Position numbers and translations under genes: made by a program. The notes under the pieces are model-generated. The model saw nothing but the letters and a program-made list of their open reading frames with translations, was not told the DNA's origin and ran no database searches. A DNA stretch of 63,961 bases, counting the filler, from Thraustochytrium aureum (lineage: Eukaryota): assembly GCA_012862495.1 (NCBI GenBank). It is 7 parts of 4 records of this genome, joined end to end, with 100 filler letters (N's around TTAATTAATTAA, not from the genome) between each part and the next. Parts side by side here need not be neighbours in the genome. Positions count along the whole stretch, not along the records: positions 28,498 to 40,694 come from BLSG01000058.1; positions 40,795 to 50,859 come from BLSG01000058.1; 5 more parts are not named here. One strand, 5' to 3'. The first letter of the stretch is position 1. Every line of letters begins with the position of its first letter. Shown one piece after another: positions 34,401 through 47,125 of the stretch.

Positions 34401-37400
34401 TCGTTGACACTGGGATTTACCGCTTGAGCTACACAACGAAGGTCTCGGGCCCGGCGACGTTTGGAGCAACTTTTAAAGGGACGGCGCTGGCACAGCCCGT
34501 GACAGCGCATGTATATCCAGGGCAAGTTGCCGCCTCAAAGTCAACGCTTGACTGTAAGGGCAGCGCCACAGCAGGCAAGGTGTTTACCGGATGCAAAGCC
34601 TTTCTCAAGGATGTATTTGGCAACGCTGCGGGCTCAGAGTCAGATGTTGGAGTCTTGGTGACAACGGCGGAGCCGCTTTTTGCAGCCAATGGAGCCGCCT
34701 CACCCGGGGTCACCACTGAGCTCAAGTGGCTGGGCGCTGCAAGTCCTGGTGGCGTGGAGGTTAGACTCGCCGGCATGGTCGCTACAGGAAAGGTCGTCGT
34801 CTCGGTCTCGTACAACGGAGAGGCAGTTGGAAAGGCCACGGAAGTGACCGTTAACGCCGGCCAAGTAGACATGACGAAGGTCGAGCTGACGTGCACTTCC
34901 AGCTCCTTTCCCGTCTCGTCTGAGCTCGAGTGCTACGTGCAAACGTTCGACGGATTCGGAAACTTGGCTGGGCTCGGGCCCACGAACTCCCTGTCCGTAA
35001 AGGCCACGAGCAACTGCAGTGGGAGTTTGGCATCGAGATGGCACTTGCTTGAAACAGGCGAGCACCTCGGTCTGTCGCGCGTCTCGCGACTGCTGGCGCC
35101 TTCTGAGCCCTGCAATGTCTCGTTGGCCGTGTTCTCTGCGTCGGTGCAGCTCGCCGTGCCGCCGGTCCTCGTCGAGATAGAGTTCCCTTCCATTTCGCGT
35201 GAATTCTCGCTAGTCCGCTGCGTTGACACCGACTTTGAGATTCTGGTGGGAAGTTCTGTGGTCTGCTATGTCGAGATCAAGAATGATGTAGGAGAACCTG
35301 TCGGTGGGGCGTCGGTTGCAAAGAGCGTCCGCGCCGCGTTTCAGGGTGGTGTGGTCGACCCTTCCTTTGTCAGTACGGGCCTGTTTTCGCTCAAGTTCAC
35401 GCCGACGAAGCTGCTTGGCAACACTTTATCGGTTTCTTACCGTGGCCCTACCGGTGAAATTCCGCTCCCAATCTATTCTGGGGAGAGCCCTGCACCTGTG
35501 TTTGAGCTACATCTCGCAGCCATAGCTGGCCCCGTGAGCCTTGCGAGCTCGCGCTTGCGCTGCTCATCTACGGTCCAGTCCGGTGATGACATTTGGTGCG
35601 CCATCTCTCTCCGAGACGTCTACAACAACCCAGCGGGGTCTGAGCAGGACATGGAAAACTTCCTCGTCAAGAGCTCACAGCAAAGTGACGCAGGAGTGCA
35701 AATTGTCTCGCGGCTCTGGGCGCGCACAACCGCAACGAGCCCATTCGATTTTGAGCTGCTTGTTCGTGGAGCCTCCGAAACGGTTGGAGCAGTGAAACTG
35801 GACTGGACCACGCGCTCCGAGCCTGGAGCGACACCGACCACGCGTTCAGTTGAGGTTACGCCCGGCCCTGTTTTTGCTGAGACCAGCACGCTCAGTTGCC
35901 CAGGGCGCGCTGCGGCAGGTCTCATCGTGCGCTGTCCTTTGACCTTGCGAGACAGGTTTGGAAATATGGCGCGGATGGACTCGGTTGAGCTTTGGGCATT
36001 TCGCGCCATGGCGCAAGAGGGGGCCCTGACCACAGGCGGCTCGACGATTTGGGGCAAAGTCGTGAGCTCGGCTCGCAATTCTGCGACCATCAGCGCAAGC
36101 CAGTACGAAGCCGTGTTTACGGCACCGCTTCAGAGCGCAAACCTGACTGTCAAGGTTTCATACCAGGAGGGTTTCCTGCACGCAGACGCGGGCGGCGCGC
36201 TGGAGCAAGTCGTTCGTGTTGCGCCGTTGGAGCTTGAACACGGCGCGGGAAAGTTTAGCTGCGCGCAATCCTCGGCCCTTCAGGCTGGTGAGAGTTTGTC
36301 GTGCTTCTACACTGTGACACCAAGATCAGAGGGCAGTGAGCTCAATCCTGAGCTTGTCAACATAATCATGACAGCGGCGGCCAACGCCTTCGCAGTTGAA
36401 GCGATCAACGAAGGTGTCACGCTCGTCAGCCAGGGGGCGAGCTACATCGGCCAAAACACGTTTCAGGTCGAAGTCGTGCCAACACGCGCCGGCTTGATCA
36501 CGGTTTCGCTGTTGCACCGCGGCGTTGACGGGCTCAAGTGGGTCGGCGGTACTCGTCCGCTGCAGGTTTCCCCCGGCGAAGTTTCTATGACCACTACGCA
36601 ACTGAGGTGCTCTGCCGCGCTAGCGGGAGCTCCAATCAAGTGCAACGTGCTTCTGTTCGATGCGTTCATGAACCGAGCCGGTGACGAGACACTTCTTGAA
36701 TCTCTTGCTGTGGAGGCATCGGAGGCGGCTGACGCGGGTGCAGGGCAAAGCAGCGTCGCGATTGCAACCGCCGCTGTATCGAAAACCTGGGTGCGCTCAC
36801 CATCGGCTCGGATCGATGCCCAGATTTCCATCCACAACCTTACCAAAGCCGGTCGCTGGGTCATCGCAATGTCCAACCTGGCGAGCACCAGTGCGACGAC
36901 AAGTTCGGTTATCGCGGACGCGTTCGTTGAGAGTAGCGGGCTTGATCCGCTGCGGAGCTGGCTCGACTGCCCTGCCAGTGCGAAGGGGCTTGGTAGATTC
37001 TCTTGCTTCGTTCACGGTTTGGATAGCTTTGACAATCCGACATTCCGGCTACCGGAGGGTGAGGGCCTCTTCTTGACGTCCCTGGACAACTCGACGGGCA
37101 AGCGGTCCTTCACACGGATGGTGCTTGCGGCGACCAGCTCTGCTTCCAGCGTCGCATTGGCAGCAGAGCCAACGTTCGAGGCCTCCTTCGCCGCGCCGGC
37201 TGGACCGACCAGCCTCTTCATCAGTGCCAAGCTGGGGCAAGATCAGATTCGGGAGCCGCTCGTCGTCGCAGTTGAGCCCCTGGCACTGAGTATGGAGACG
37301 AGCGTTTTGGAAGACACTGCCGGAGCCGATGTTTCGACGGTCGCGGGTGGAGCGCGGCTTCTCATGCTCAGCCTCTTTGACGACGAGGGCCGTCCAGTTG

Positions 37401-40400
37401 GTGATGCAGCGTTTGGTTCTGTCCTGCGAGTCGACTTTATGCAAGGTGGAACTCGCCTACTTGGCTCGAAGGCCACGTATTCGACAGTCTTCCTTAGTCA
37501 AGGGGTTTATGCGGTGGAAGTCGCGGTGTTCTCTCGCGGCCTGACGACGGTTGTGGTGCGATTCGGTCAGTCGTTCGAGGTCGCGACCGCTTTTGATGTT
37601 GTGAGCGGCGAGCTAGCTGCGCCCCTTAGCTCCGTCTTCTGCCCTGGAAAGGGCGCAATCTCGGTGGGCTCTGCGGTGGAGTGCCGCGTTCGTCTTGCGG
37701 ACAAATTTGGCAACCCCGTCGTGGCCAGCAGCGCTCCCCTTGCGCTTGTCGAGGTCGTGGTCTCGCATTCAAGCGATCCTGACACCCTTGTCGGTGCGCA
37801 GGTGGGCCCGCTCTCTGACGTCCAGGGCGGAAGCGGAGCGCCGGTCGCGCAGGCAGCATGGCCGCCTGCGCTTCTCACCAAGGCCGGCGAGTGGTCTGTC
37901 AGCGCCACTCTCAATGGCGAGCCGATCGCATCAGGCGCAACGTTTTCTCTGGCTCCTCTTACAGCCTCGCCGGAGAATAGCCTGTTGGTCTGCCCGGCCA
38001 CAGCGCAAGGTGGCATCCAAGTCGTGTGCTCGCTGTCTCTCTTTGACACGTTTGGGAACCCGGCGCGGAGCTTTGATGGCGTTGCGGTCATCGGCAGATA
38101 CAACGAGGGTGATGGCGATCGCTTTGCGCAGATTGTTCCCGACGTTGCAAATGGTGCCGCATTCAACTCGTACAGAGTTCTGTTGGCCGTTGACGCTGGC
38201 CAGGCCGGGAAAGAGCTCAGCCTCGCCGTTTCAACAGCAGCCGGGCGCATCGAGTCAACGACGCAGCTGATTCTCATCAAGCAGATCGAGGTTGACTTTG
38301 CTCGTTCAAGCCTTGTGTGCAATTTTGGCGCAACAAATACCGCACAGGTACGTGCAGGCGACTCTGTGCAGTGTCTCGTCACCATGCTCGACGCAAGCGG
38401 TGGGGTTGTCGGCGACGCCTCGCTCGCGGGTAGCCTCCTTGTCCAGGCGCGCCCGGCCTCCAAGGAGCGAGCAACCGTCATATATCTCAGCACCGGCGTT
38501 TACTCAATCGCTTTCACGCCTACAGCCGCCGCGGCGACCGAAGTCTCGGTAAGCTTTGACAATCGTGTGATTGGGGCGCCCACAAAGTTTGATGTGCTCC
38601 CTCAGGCGCCCTCGCCAAAGCAGAGCATGTACTCATGCAGCAAGTCGTTCGCCGTCGGAGCCCCTGTTGAGTGCGCTGTCCGGCTCCGCGACGCGTTTGG
38701 GAATAACGTAGGAGAGGATCTGGCCGGTGTTGCAAACGCCTCGATCTCCGCATATCTCCAGCATGAGACGCAGGGGGTTTCGGTGCGTGCCAGCAGCGTC
38801 GTGCTCGTTCAGGCCCCTGTGCTGGTGGCCCGCTTTTCTGGAGAGGGCCTCACCGCAGCGGGGATCTGGTTGGCCAACCTCGAAATGGACGGCCAAGCCC
38901 TGACACATGCCGCAACGGGCGGATATGTTGCTCCAATAACTGCTTCAGCGGGGGCCTCAGACCCGACGAAGGCTGCCGTCAATTGCCCGTTGGGCGCCGC
39001 TGGTGGATCAAGAGCGACTTGCACGATTGTGCCGGCGGACAAGTTTGGCAACCCGACGATGTTGAGTGTCAAACTCTCAGCGAAAGTTACGGAAAACGCG
39101 ACTGGCACCAGCCGCTTTCCAGGTGTCCGTCTCGTGCGTGCGACATCAACTGGTCAGGCTTCAGGCTCGACTCCTCAAGGAGACTTTTGGTTTGAAATGT
39201 CCTTTACCACGCCAGTCACGGAGGACCAGGTCCTGGTACAGGTCTTTGAGAACGGCGTTCCAGTGGCACCAAAGTCAATTTCGGTGTCCCCGCTTGACGT
39301 GGACGGCCCGAGCTCCGAGTTGGCATGTCCTACTGGGCCATTCGCTGCAGGAGACTTGGTCGAGTGCTTTGTGTCTTTGCGATCAAGCTCTGGCGGGTTG
39401 ATTGGCGACGCCACAGCTGCCCGCCCGCTGCAGATACAAGTCGGTCGCTTGGGTTCCTTTCTATCCTCTGACGCGATCTCGCTGACTTGGCTGGAGATTG
39501 GAACGTTTTCTGTATCGTTCACGCTCACAAGGGTTGGCTCCTATGATGTCTCGGCCCGCTTTGCCACCGGGCAGGTCGAGCGCGTTGCGCTTGGTAGCGA
39601 ACAGCCGATTGTCGTCCGGCCGCAGGACCGCGTTGAAGGCCTTGGCCTCGCTTGCGGCGCGGCAGAGGGCTCTGGCGTGCAACCGGCGGCCCAAGAGAAT
39701 TTGGCGAGCGCCGTTTCTGCGCCACCAACGTACAGCGTCCTCGAGACTTTGCATTGCGTCGTGCGGGCATGGGACTTGTATGGCAACCAACTCGAGTCCG
39801 ACCAGATCTCGCCTTCGAGCATTCAAGCGAGCGCAACTTCCTCAGATGGCCTCACGACGACTGCGTTCAGTGTCGAACGAGGCACGAACGGTGCTGTCTG
39901 GGCGTCTGGCGCGCTGACGGCAGCCGGAGCTTGGACGCTTGCCGTCTCGATTCCAGCCCAGCGCCGCGATAGTTCGACAATTGTGACAATGGTAGCTGGT
40001 GGGATCTATGGCCCTGCGTCTGGCATTGAATGCCCATCACTCGCCTACACTGCAGCTCGGACGAGCTGCCGAATCGCGGCACGCGATCAATTCGGTAATC
40101 CGGTGGGGAACCTCGGCAAAGCGGACGCTGGGCGGTTTCTTGTTTCATCAGCTGCCACTGAAGGGTCTTTCAGCGGATTCGGCTCCGTCTCGTACAACGA
40201 CGACAAGAGGCAGCTCGAGGTCGAGCTGCGCACACCAGCATTCGAGACAAACATGCTTGTAAAAGCCAGCATGCTCGGCGAGGGCGGAGCAGACTTTTTG
40301 CCGGCTACGATCAGCGTCGAGGCAATTGAGCTCTCGGCTAGCCACTCGTCGGTCGTCTGCCTTCCGATGCAGGTAGTGGCTGGGGCAGTTGTCACGTGCA

Positions 40401-43400
40401 CAGTGGAGACACGCATTGATGTTGCATCTCCCTCTGGTTCAACCCTCTTCGGCTCTGCTGCTTTCTTCGAGAACTCCATCGCGCTTCGGTTCCGGGGCTC
40501 CGGGCGCATTCTTGAGCCGTCAGGCATGTCGGTCGTCGCTGACGGTGTGGCCCAGATCCAGTTCACACCGCTGACTTCAGGGGTATATTCCACGACATTG
40601 CTCTACAATAAGGCGCCACTTGTCTCTGGGGTTGGGCAGGTCGAGGTGGGCCCCGCGGCTGTTGATATCGGCAAGTCCATGCTTAGCTGCAAATNNNNNN
40701 NNNNNNNNNNNNNNNNNNNNNNNNNNNNNNNNNNNNNNTTAATTAATTAANNNNNNNNNNNNNNNNNNNNNNNNNNNNNNNNNNNNNNNNNNNNCCCACT
40801 GCAGTGGGGAATTTGACAGTTTCGAGTGCGGGCGCCACATTCCGAATGGAGGTCCTTGAGACCTCCATTGACCCGGCGCAGTCTGACGTGAGTTGCCCAA
40901 CCTCGACGTTGTTCACAGCAGGTTCTCCGGTATCCTGCCACGTGCAACTTCGAGATTCAGAGGGTACCCCTGAAGGGGACATTTCTGCGATTGGGTTTCT
41001 TCGCGCGAGCATTCGCAACGCCGGCACAACCCCACCTTACAACGTCAAGTTCGCAGGTCAGCCTGGCCTTTTCCTCCTTACGTTTACGCCCACGAGGAGT
41101 GGGGCCGCTGTTGTCGCTGTTGAAATGAAACAGGCTGGGAAGTTCGTGACGATCGGAGATGTGAGCAGCATTGGCGTCGCAGCGGGGAGCGTCAGCGCGT
41201 CGGCGTCAACACTCGTTTGTGGGAGCAATGCAACAGTTCCGGCAGGGCAGCCTCTCAAGTGCGCAATCCAAGTGCGGGATCTGAACGGAAATGACGCTGG
41301 GGAGGAAGGTGTCCAAGCTCTGTTCTCTGGCGCGCTCGTGGACGCGACGACCAAGCTGGTCCTTGCGCCGGTTGAATTTTCGTTCGTGCGGCAAGGCGTT
41401 GTCCAACTTGCAGTGTCGTCCACCATCGCTTCGACTGCGCAACTTCTCGTGTCGTTTGACCCGCTCGGTGGCGAATCAAGCGTGTGGGCCACCTCGAACG
41501 TCAACATTGTTGCAGGCCCAATGCAGGCCTCTGCGACCGTGCTGGGCTGTCCAGCGTCAGTTTCGGCCGCCGCTCGTGCCATCTGTGCTATCAGACTGTT
41601 TGACGCGTTTGGCAACGACGTTGCGGCAACTTCCGAGCTTCGAAGCAGCGTCCGCACGATGGTCAAGAACGAGGGTGCACTGCTGTCGCCGAAGGTCTCA
41701 TTTTCGAATGGGGCTCTGCAACTTGAGTTTGTCCCTGATCGCGTTGGGTCATGCGAGATTCAAATGGGTGTGGTAGAGCCGCGCACCGGGGCGACGGTCC
41801 CGATTCTTCCGGCGCTGGTATCCGTGCAACCGTACCTGGTTGACGCTGAAGCGTCCGAGCTCCGTTGCCCAAGCGAAACGGTCTTGGTTGGCTCCACAAT
41901 TACCTGCATGATTTTTGCGCGCGATGCTGAAGGAAAGCCCATCGGGACCAAGTCGAATGCTGCTGCATTTCTGCCCGTCGCGTTCAACGGCGGTCAGGTT
42001 TTAGCAACGGAAGTCTCGTTTGTCTCGGAGGGCCTGTTCTCTGTGACGATGGTCCCGCTCCGCACAGGCCCCAACGGCCTTGGGGCAGTCGACCTCAAAG
42101 TCCCGCTTGCAGGAGCGTCGGCGCGTGTCGCAGTGGGTGCTGGGGAGGTCTCAGTCAGTCGCTCAGGCATTTCTTGCGACAGGGCGGCGGTCGTAGCGGG
42201 CGATTCGTCGCTCCAATGCGCGATCGTATTTCGCGACAGCGAAGGCAACCCCACGGAAGCCGGCGCCGCGCCGGAGTCAATCGTTTTCCGTGTTCGCGAC
42301 GAGGACGGCGAGGTCCTCTTTGAAACGAACAGGGCTGATAGGCAGCGGTTCGGTGTCTATCGAGCTTTGGACCTGGTGCTCACAAAGGCGGGGCGGGCGA
42401 CAATTTCTGCGCTTTACGGACAGGCCGAGGTCTCGGGGGCGGCCGCTGTTGAGGTAGGCGCGGCCGGAATGCACAGCTCCTTGTCGAGCCTGCTCTGTCC
42501 CGAATCGCTGGCATTCGGCGTCCCGGTTGTGTGCGAAGCCGAGCTGCGCGACGCCTATGGCAACGTTGTCAGCCTCGATAGCTCGTCCCTTGTTTCCTCT
42601 GGGACCGCGGCTGGCCGGGTTTCGGGCATCACCGCCACAGTGAGCCCGAAGACGACAAGAGCCTCCATGGCGCAGACCATTGCGGTGATGCAGGTGTTCC
42701 CTCTGGAGGGCGGCCGCGTCGAGCTTGTGGCTGACGGACTTGCCGATCTGGGCTGGGAGCTGGAGCCGCTGCAGGTGTCGCTCTTCGTGAAAAGCACTCT
42801 GTCAGCGACGGTGTCTGTGGCAGTGCTGGAGGGCTCGATTTGCGCCTCCGAGTCTCGTGCCGTGTGCAGCGAAGAGGCTGTGGCCGGCGAGCCAATCACG
42901 TGCACTACGGTCACCTTTGATTGCGACGGGAATCCTTCGGGCGAGGCCTTCGAGTCGGAGAGCTTTCAGGTCTTTATCGACTTTGGCGGCAATGGTGGCT
43001 TTGCGTCCAGCGCCCCCACTGCAAGCCCGACCTTTGCGCCTGACGGGTCCAGCGTTGGCTCTGGAGAAGGCGAGTCTGCGACTTACTTTGCGGGTGAGGG
43101 CATCTACAGCAGCTCAGCAAGCACGCCTGGAGCCGGGAACGGGACCGTGCGGATGCTGGTGCAGTCCTTCGTTGTGGAGAATAGTACACTTGTGGGGCGG
43201 CCCGGACAGGTTGGTCGCAGGTTTGGGCGGCGCCTCGCCGACAGCGGGATTGCTGTGAGCCCTGCGTACCTTGAGGTTGCGCCGGGACCCATCTCCGCAC
43301 AGGCCTCAAGCGTGGCGTGCAGCGACGGGAGCAGTGTGCAGTCACCGATCGTGTGCACCATCGCGGCGCGCGACGCAAACGGTAACCCGACAGGCTCGGT

Positions 43401-45941
43401 CTCTGATGAGGGCGGCTTTGCAGTCGAGGCGTACGAGTTTGGGGTCCCGCTTACAGCAGTGGCGGCGGTCGTGCGTTTTGTCGAGGAGGGCCAGTCTCTG
43501 CCGTGTTCTCGTTCAACGTGTCCGGGGACGTGCAAGTCGACGCGACATACCAGAGCGCCGAGGTGGGCAGTGTGGTGGTTGACCTGGCTGCTGGGCCAGT
43601 GGATAGTTCTCTGGTGCAGCTTTCGTGTCCTTCGGAGGCGACACTGCTGTCAACTCCGGCGTGTTCACTGCTCCTGTTTGACGTGTACGGAAATCCCACG
43701 GGTCTGTTCGAGTCCGGACACGCCGTGACGGTCAAGGTTGACCCGGTTTCTGGGGCCCAAGTTACTGCCGACCTGGAGCAAACCTCAGAGGGAGAGTTTG
43801 CGGCCGAGTTTGCGGCGGGCTCTGATGTTGGCTCCGTAACAGTCCGGCTCGAGTACTTTGACGGGTCGGCTGCAGCGGAGCTGGCGTCTACGTCCGTCTC
43901 GGTTAGGGCAAGCGACGTGAACGCGCAATGACCTCCTTCCAGTGCCCTGCCACTGCCACCGCTGGGCAGTCCGTGGAGTGCACTATTACGGCCAACGACG
44001 GTTCTGGCGGGGTCGCTGGAACCGCCGCGGACGAGCAAGCGTTTGAGGTGGTCGCTGGCGGCGGCAGCACGCTGGAGTCCGTCGAGATTTCGTTCTTTTC
44101 GGTTGGGGTTTTCAAGGCCTTTTTCAAACCAACAACGAGTGGGCAGCTCGACGTGGTCCTGACGTACAACGGAGTCGCGTTGGACCCTGGCCCCGTTTCG
44201 CTGGCAGTGTCTCCTGGTGATGTGGATCCCCTCGAATCCAGCGTAGAGTGCGCTGGGATCAGCGCTGTGCCGCTGAACAGCGCTCTCGAGTGCGAAGTTT
44301 CGCTGCGGGACGCCTACGGCAACCTTGCCGGCGACCCCAGCCAAGCGGCCGCTGCCCTGTCGGGGCTGATGAGCTACATCGACGATGCGCAGCAGATTAG
44401 TGACAGTAGCTTCTCCCTGAAGGCCGGCGAGACGATCGGGGTCTTCACGACGAGCTTTGCAGTCGGTACGCTAGCCGGGCTTGCGAATGTGGAGCTCGAG
44501 TATTCTTCCGTGGCGATTGCCGGATCGCCCGTCTTGGCCCGCGTGGCGCCCGGCCCTCCTGTATCTGTGAGGAGCTTGGCGTGCCCAGCGACTGGCGTCG
44601 CTTTTGCCACGACGCTGTGCCGGTTTGTGCTGGAAGACAGTCATGGAAACGCGGCCGGGACGTCGCTGGAGGACTTTACGACAAGCGGGATCGGCGCCTC
44701 CGCCGACGACTCGCTCGACGTGTTGGTTCGGTACTCGGGAACAGTTGGGAACTATGTCGTCGTGTTTTCCCGCGAAGCTGCGGTAAACGTGACGGTGTCC
44801 CTCGATGGCGGGTTCCAAAGCAGCACCATGCTCTCGCTGGGTTCGATCTCCGCTGCCGACTCGGAGTTGCAGAGCACTCCGTCTGGGCCTGTGGTAGCTG
44901 GCTCTGAGGTTGTCTTTAACATTTTGGGCCGGGACGCGTCCATGGACCCTGCCGGCTCGGCCGCGGAGGCCCTCGCCTTTGCTGTCGAGCTCGACCAGGG
45001 GGCGAGTTTTGCGGTTTACCCTGAAGTAACCTTCCTCTCTGGGGGACTCTTCAATGCAGAGGNNNNNNNNNNNNNNNNNNNNNNNNNNNNNNNNNNNNNN
45101 NNNNNNNNNNNNNNNNNNNNNNNNNNNNNNNNNNNNNNNNNNNNNNNNNNNNNNNNNNNNNNNNNNNNNNNNNNNNNNNNNNNNNNNNNNNNNNNNNNNN
45201 NNNNNNNNNNNNNNNNNNNNNNNNNNNNNNNNNNNNNNNNNNNNNNNNNNNNNNNNNNNNNNNNNNNNNNNNNNNNNNNNNNNNNNNNNNNNNNNNNNNN
45301 NNNNNNNNNNNNNNNNNNNNNNNNNNNNNNNNNNNNNNNNNNNNNNNNNNNNNNNNNNNNNNNNNNNNNNNNNNNNNNNNNNNNNNNNNNNNNNNNNNNN
45401 NNNNNNNNNNNNNNNNNNNNNNNNNNNNNNNNNNNNNNNNNNNNNNNNNNNNNNNNNNNNNNNNNNNNNNNNNNNNNNNNNNNNNNNNNNNNNNNNNNNN
45501 NNNNNNNNNNNNNNNNNNNNNNNNNNNNNNNNNNNNNNNNNNNNNNNNNNNNNNNNNNNNNNNNNNNNNNNNNNNNNNNNNNNNNNNNNNNNNNNNNNNN
45601 NNNNNNNNNNNNNNNNNNNNNNNNNNNNNNNNNNNNNNNNNNNGGAGTCCAACGGTCGGGAGTGTGGGCGGGGGCGGTCCTACGAGTGCGCCAAGCGGCG
45701 CCGCTTCCAGCGGTGGCGGTTCGGGCGGCGCCATCGCTGGCGGCGTCATCGGCGCCCTCGTCCTCGCAGGAGTCGCAGTTATGTTTGCCGCAAGCGCCAG
45801 AGCAAGGTTGGTGCTGGGCCACGCCAAGGATGGCCACCCAAGAATCAGAAGGGAGGCAATGCTGTCATTCCGGATACCAGCGAGGCGGCTGCCAACGCGG
45901 TCCACCCGGACGCTGGGGGAGCTGAGAACGTCCTGAGTTGA
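28499..45941 (+). CDS. Giant cell-surface protein: 6-Cys repeats, PT linker, about 46 visible filamin/invasin-type Ig-like repeats, C-terminal TM helix and short tail; several frameshifts and two gaps
   Basis: Chained ORFs 28499-32803, 32638-33696, 33629-40694, 40795-43728, 43503-43931, 43928-45062 and 45644-45941 share the motif S-x-L-x-C...AG...C-x4-RD-x-FGN. TM segment AIAGGVIGALVLAGVAVMFA at about 45730-45790. Confidence 0.8.
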
Positions 45942-46764
45942 AAGGTCCCTGGATGGCTAGCTATAGACTAGCATAAGCCGCTCGCCCTCAACGGCCCTTC
46001 CGTCCTTTTGTTCCGGCCTCCCTCCCTCCCTTGAATTTCGAAGACGCTTGCTTCGAGCACCCGCAGAGGGCCCTGAGCGACTGCTGAACGCTCGCACAAC
46101 TTGAATTTTGAAGCCCAGCCGCTGACTCTTGAGAGCCTGAGAGCCCTCTCTAGAGAGTGCCTGAGAGCCTGCCAGTGAGTGGGAACTCGAGAGCCTGAGA
46201 GAGCGCGCCGACACTGGCGGACAGAGAGGAAGTTCAGGGCGGACAGAGGGACGGAGGGGGCGGACGCCCAAGTTCGCTTTTCTTTCGCCGGAAGGAAGCC
46301 CTCTGCCTCTGCTGGGTGGGTGAGGCGGGGGAAAAACCAGCCAAGAATCTCGCGCGGGAGGGCAAGTGTTACCCGACAGCGGTCGCGGAATCCCAGCATT
46401 GCGCTCTCTGTGTGTTGTGTTTGTTTTTTGGGATGACACAAATCTATGGAGTGAAAGGGAGGTAGGCATACTCTTGAAGCAAAGAGGTACCTACGGGTTC
46501 CCCTCGTCCAGGTGGAGCGCCAGGGAAGGCCGAGTCAAGGCTTCCGCCGCCTCACAGGAGCCGCCGCACCCCAACAGAGGCAGGCGGCGCAATCCAGCCA
46601 ACATCTCCCGGGCCCTCACAAGCCCGCAGAGGCGCAGCCGCAAAACGACACGAAACCGCGCNNNNNNNNNNNNNNNNNNNNNNNNNNNNNNNNNNNNNNN
46701 NNNNNNNNNNNNNNNNNNNNNNNNNNNNNNNNNNNNNNNNNNNNNNNNNNNNNNNNNNNNNNNN

Positions 46765-46942
46765 GCAGCAGCAGCAGCAGCAGCAGCCGCAGTGGCAGCA
46801 GCAGCAGCCTCAGTGGCAGCAGCAGCAGCGGCACGTTCTTCAGTGTCGACAAGAGCGGGCTCCGTCGTGAACTGCGCCGTCGTCGACGACAGCGGCACCA
46901 GGCGCGGCAGTGGCACCGTTGTCGACAGCGGCAGCAGCGGCA

Positions 46943-46977
<35 letters not shown>

Positions 46978-46980
46978 AGT
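46765..46980. repeat. (CAG)n and (GGC)n microsatellites upstream of the bZIP gene
   Basis: Direct reading, adjacent to an N gap. Confidence 0.75.
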
Positions 46981-47125
46981 GTCACTATCGTCAGCAGCTG
47001 CTGCAGTGCGGCGGTTGGCGCTGGTGTTGACGGTTCACGACGGAAGGGTCTGGGTGGGGCCCTCGGCGTGCCGGAGCAAGGTGGAGCCAGGGTCGGGCTT
47101 GGCCGGCGGACCCGCGAGGCGAAGG

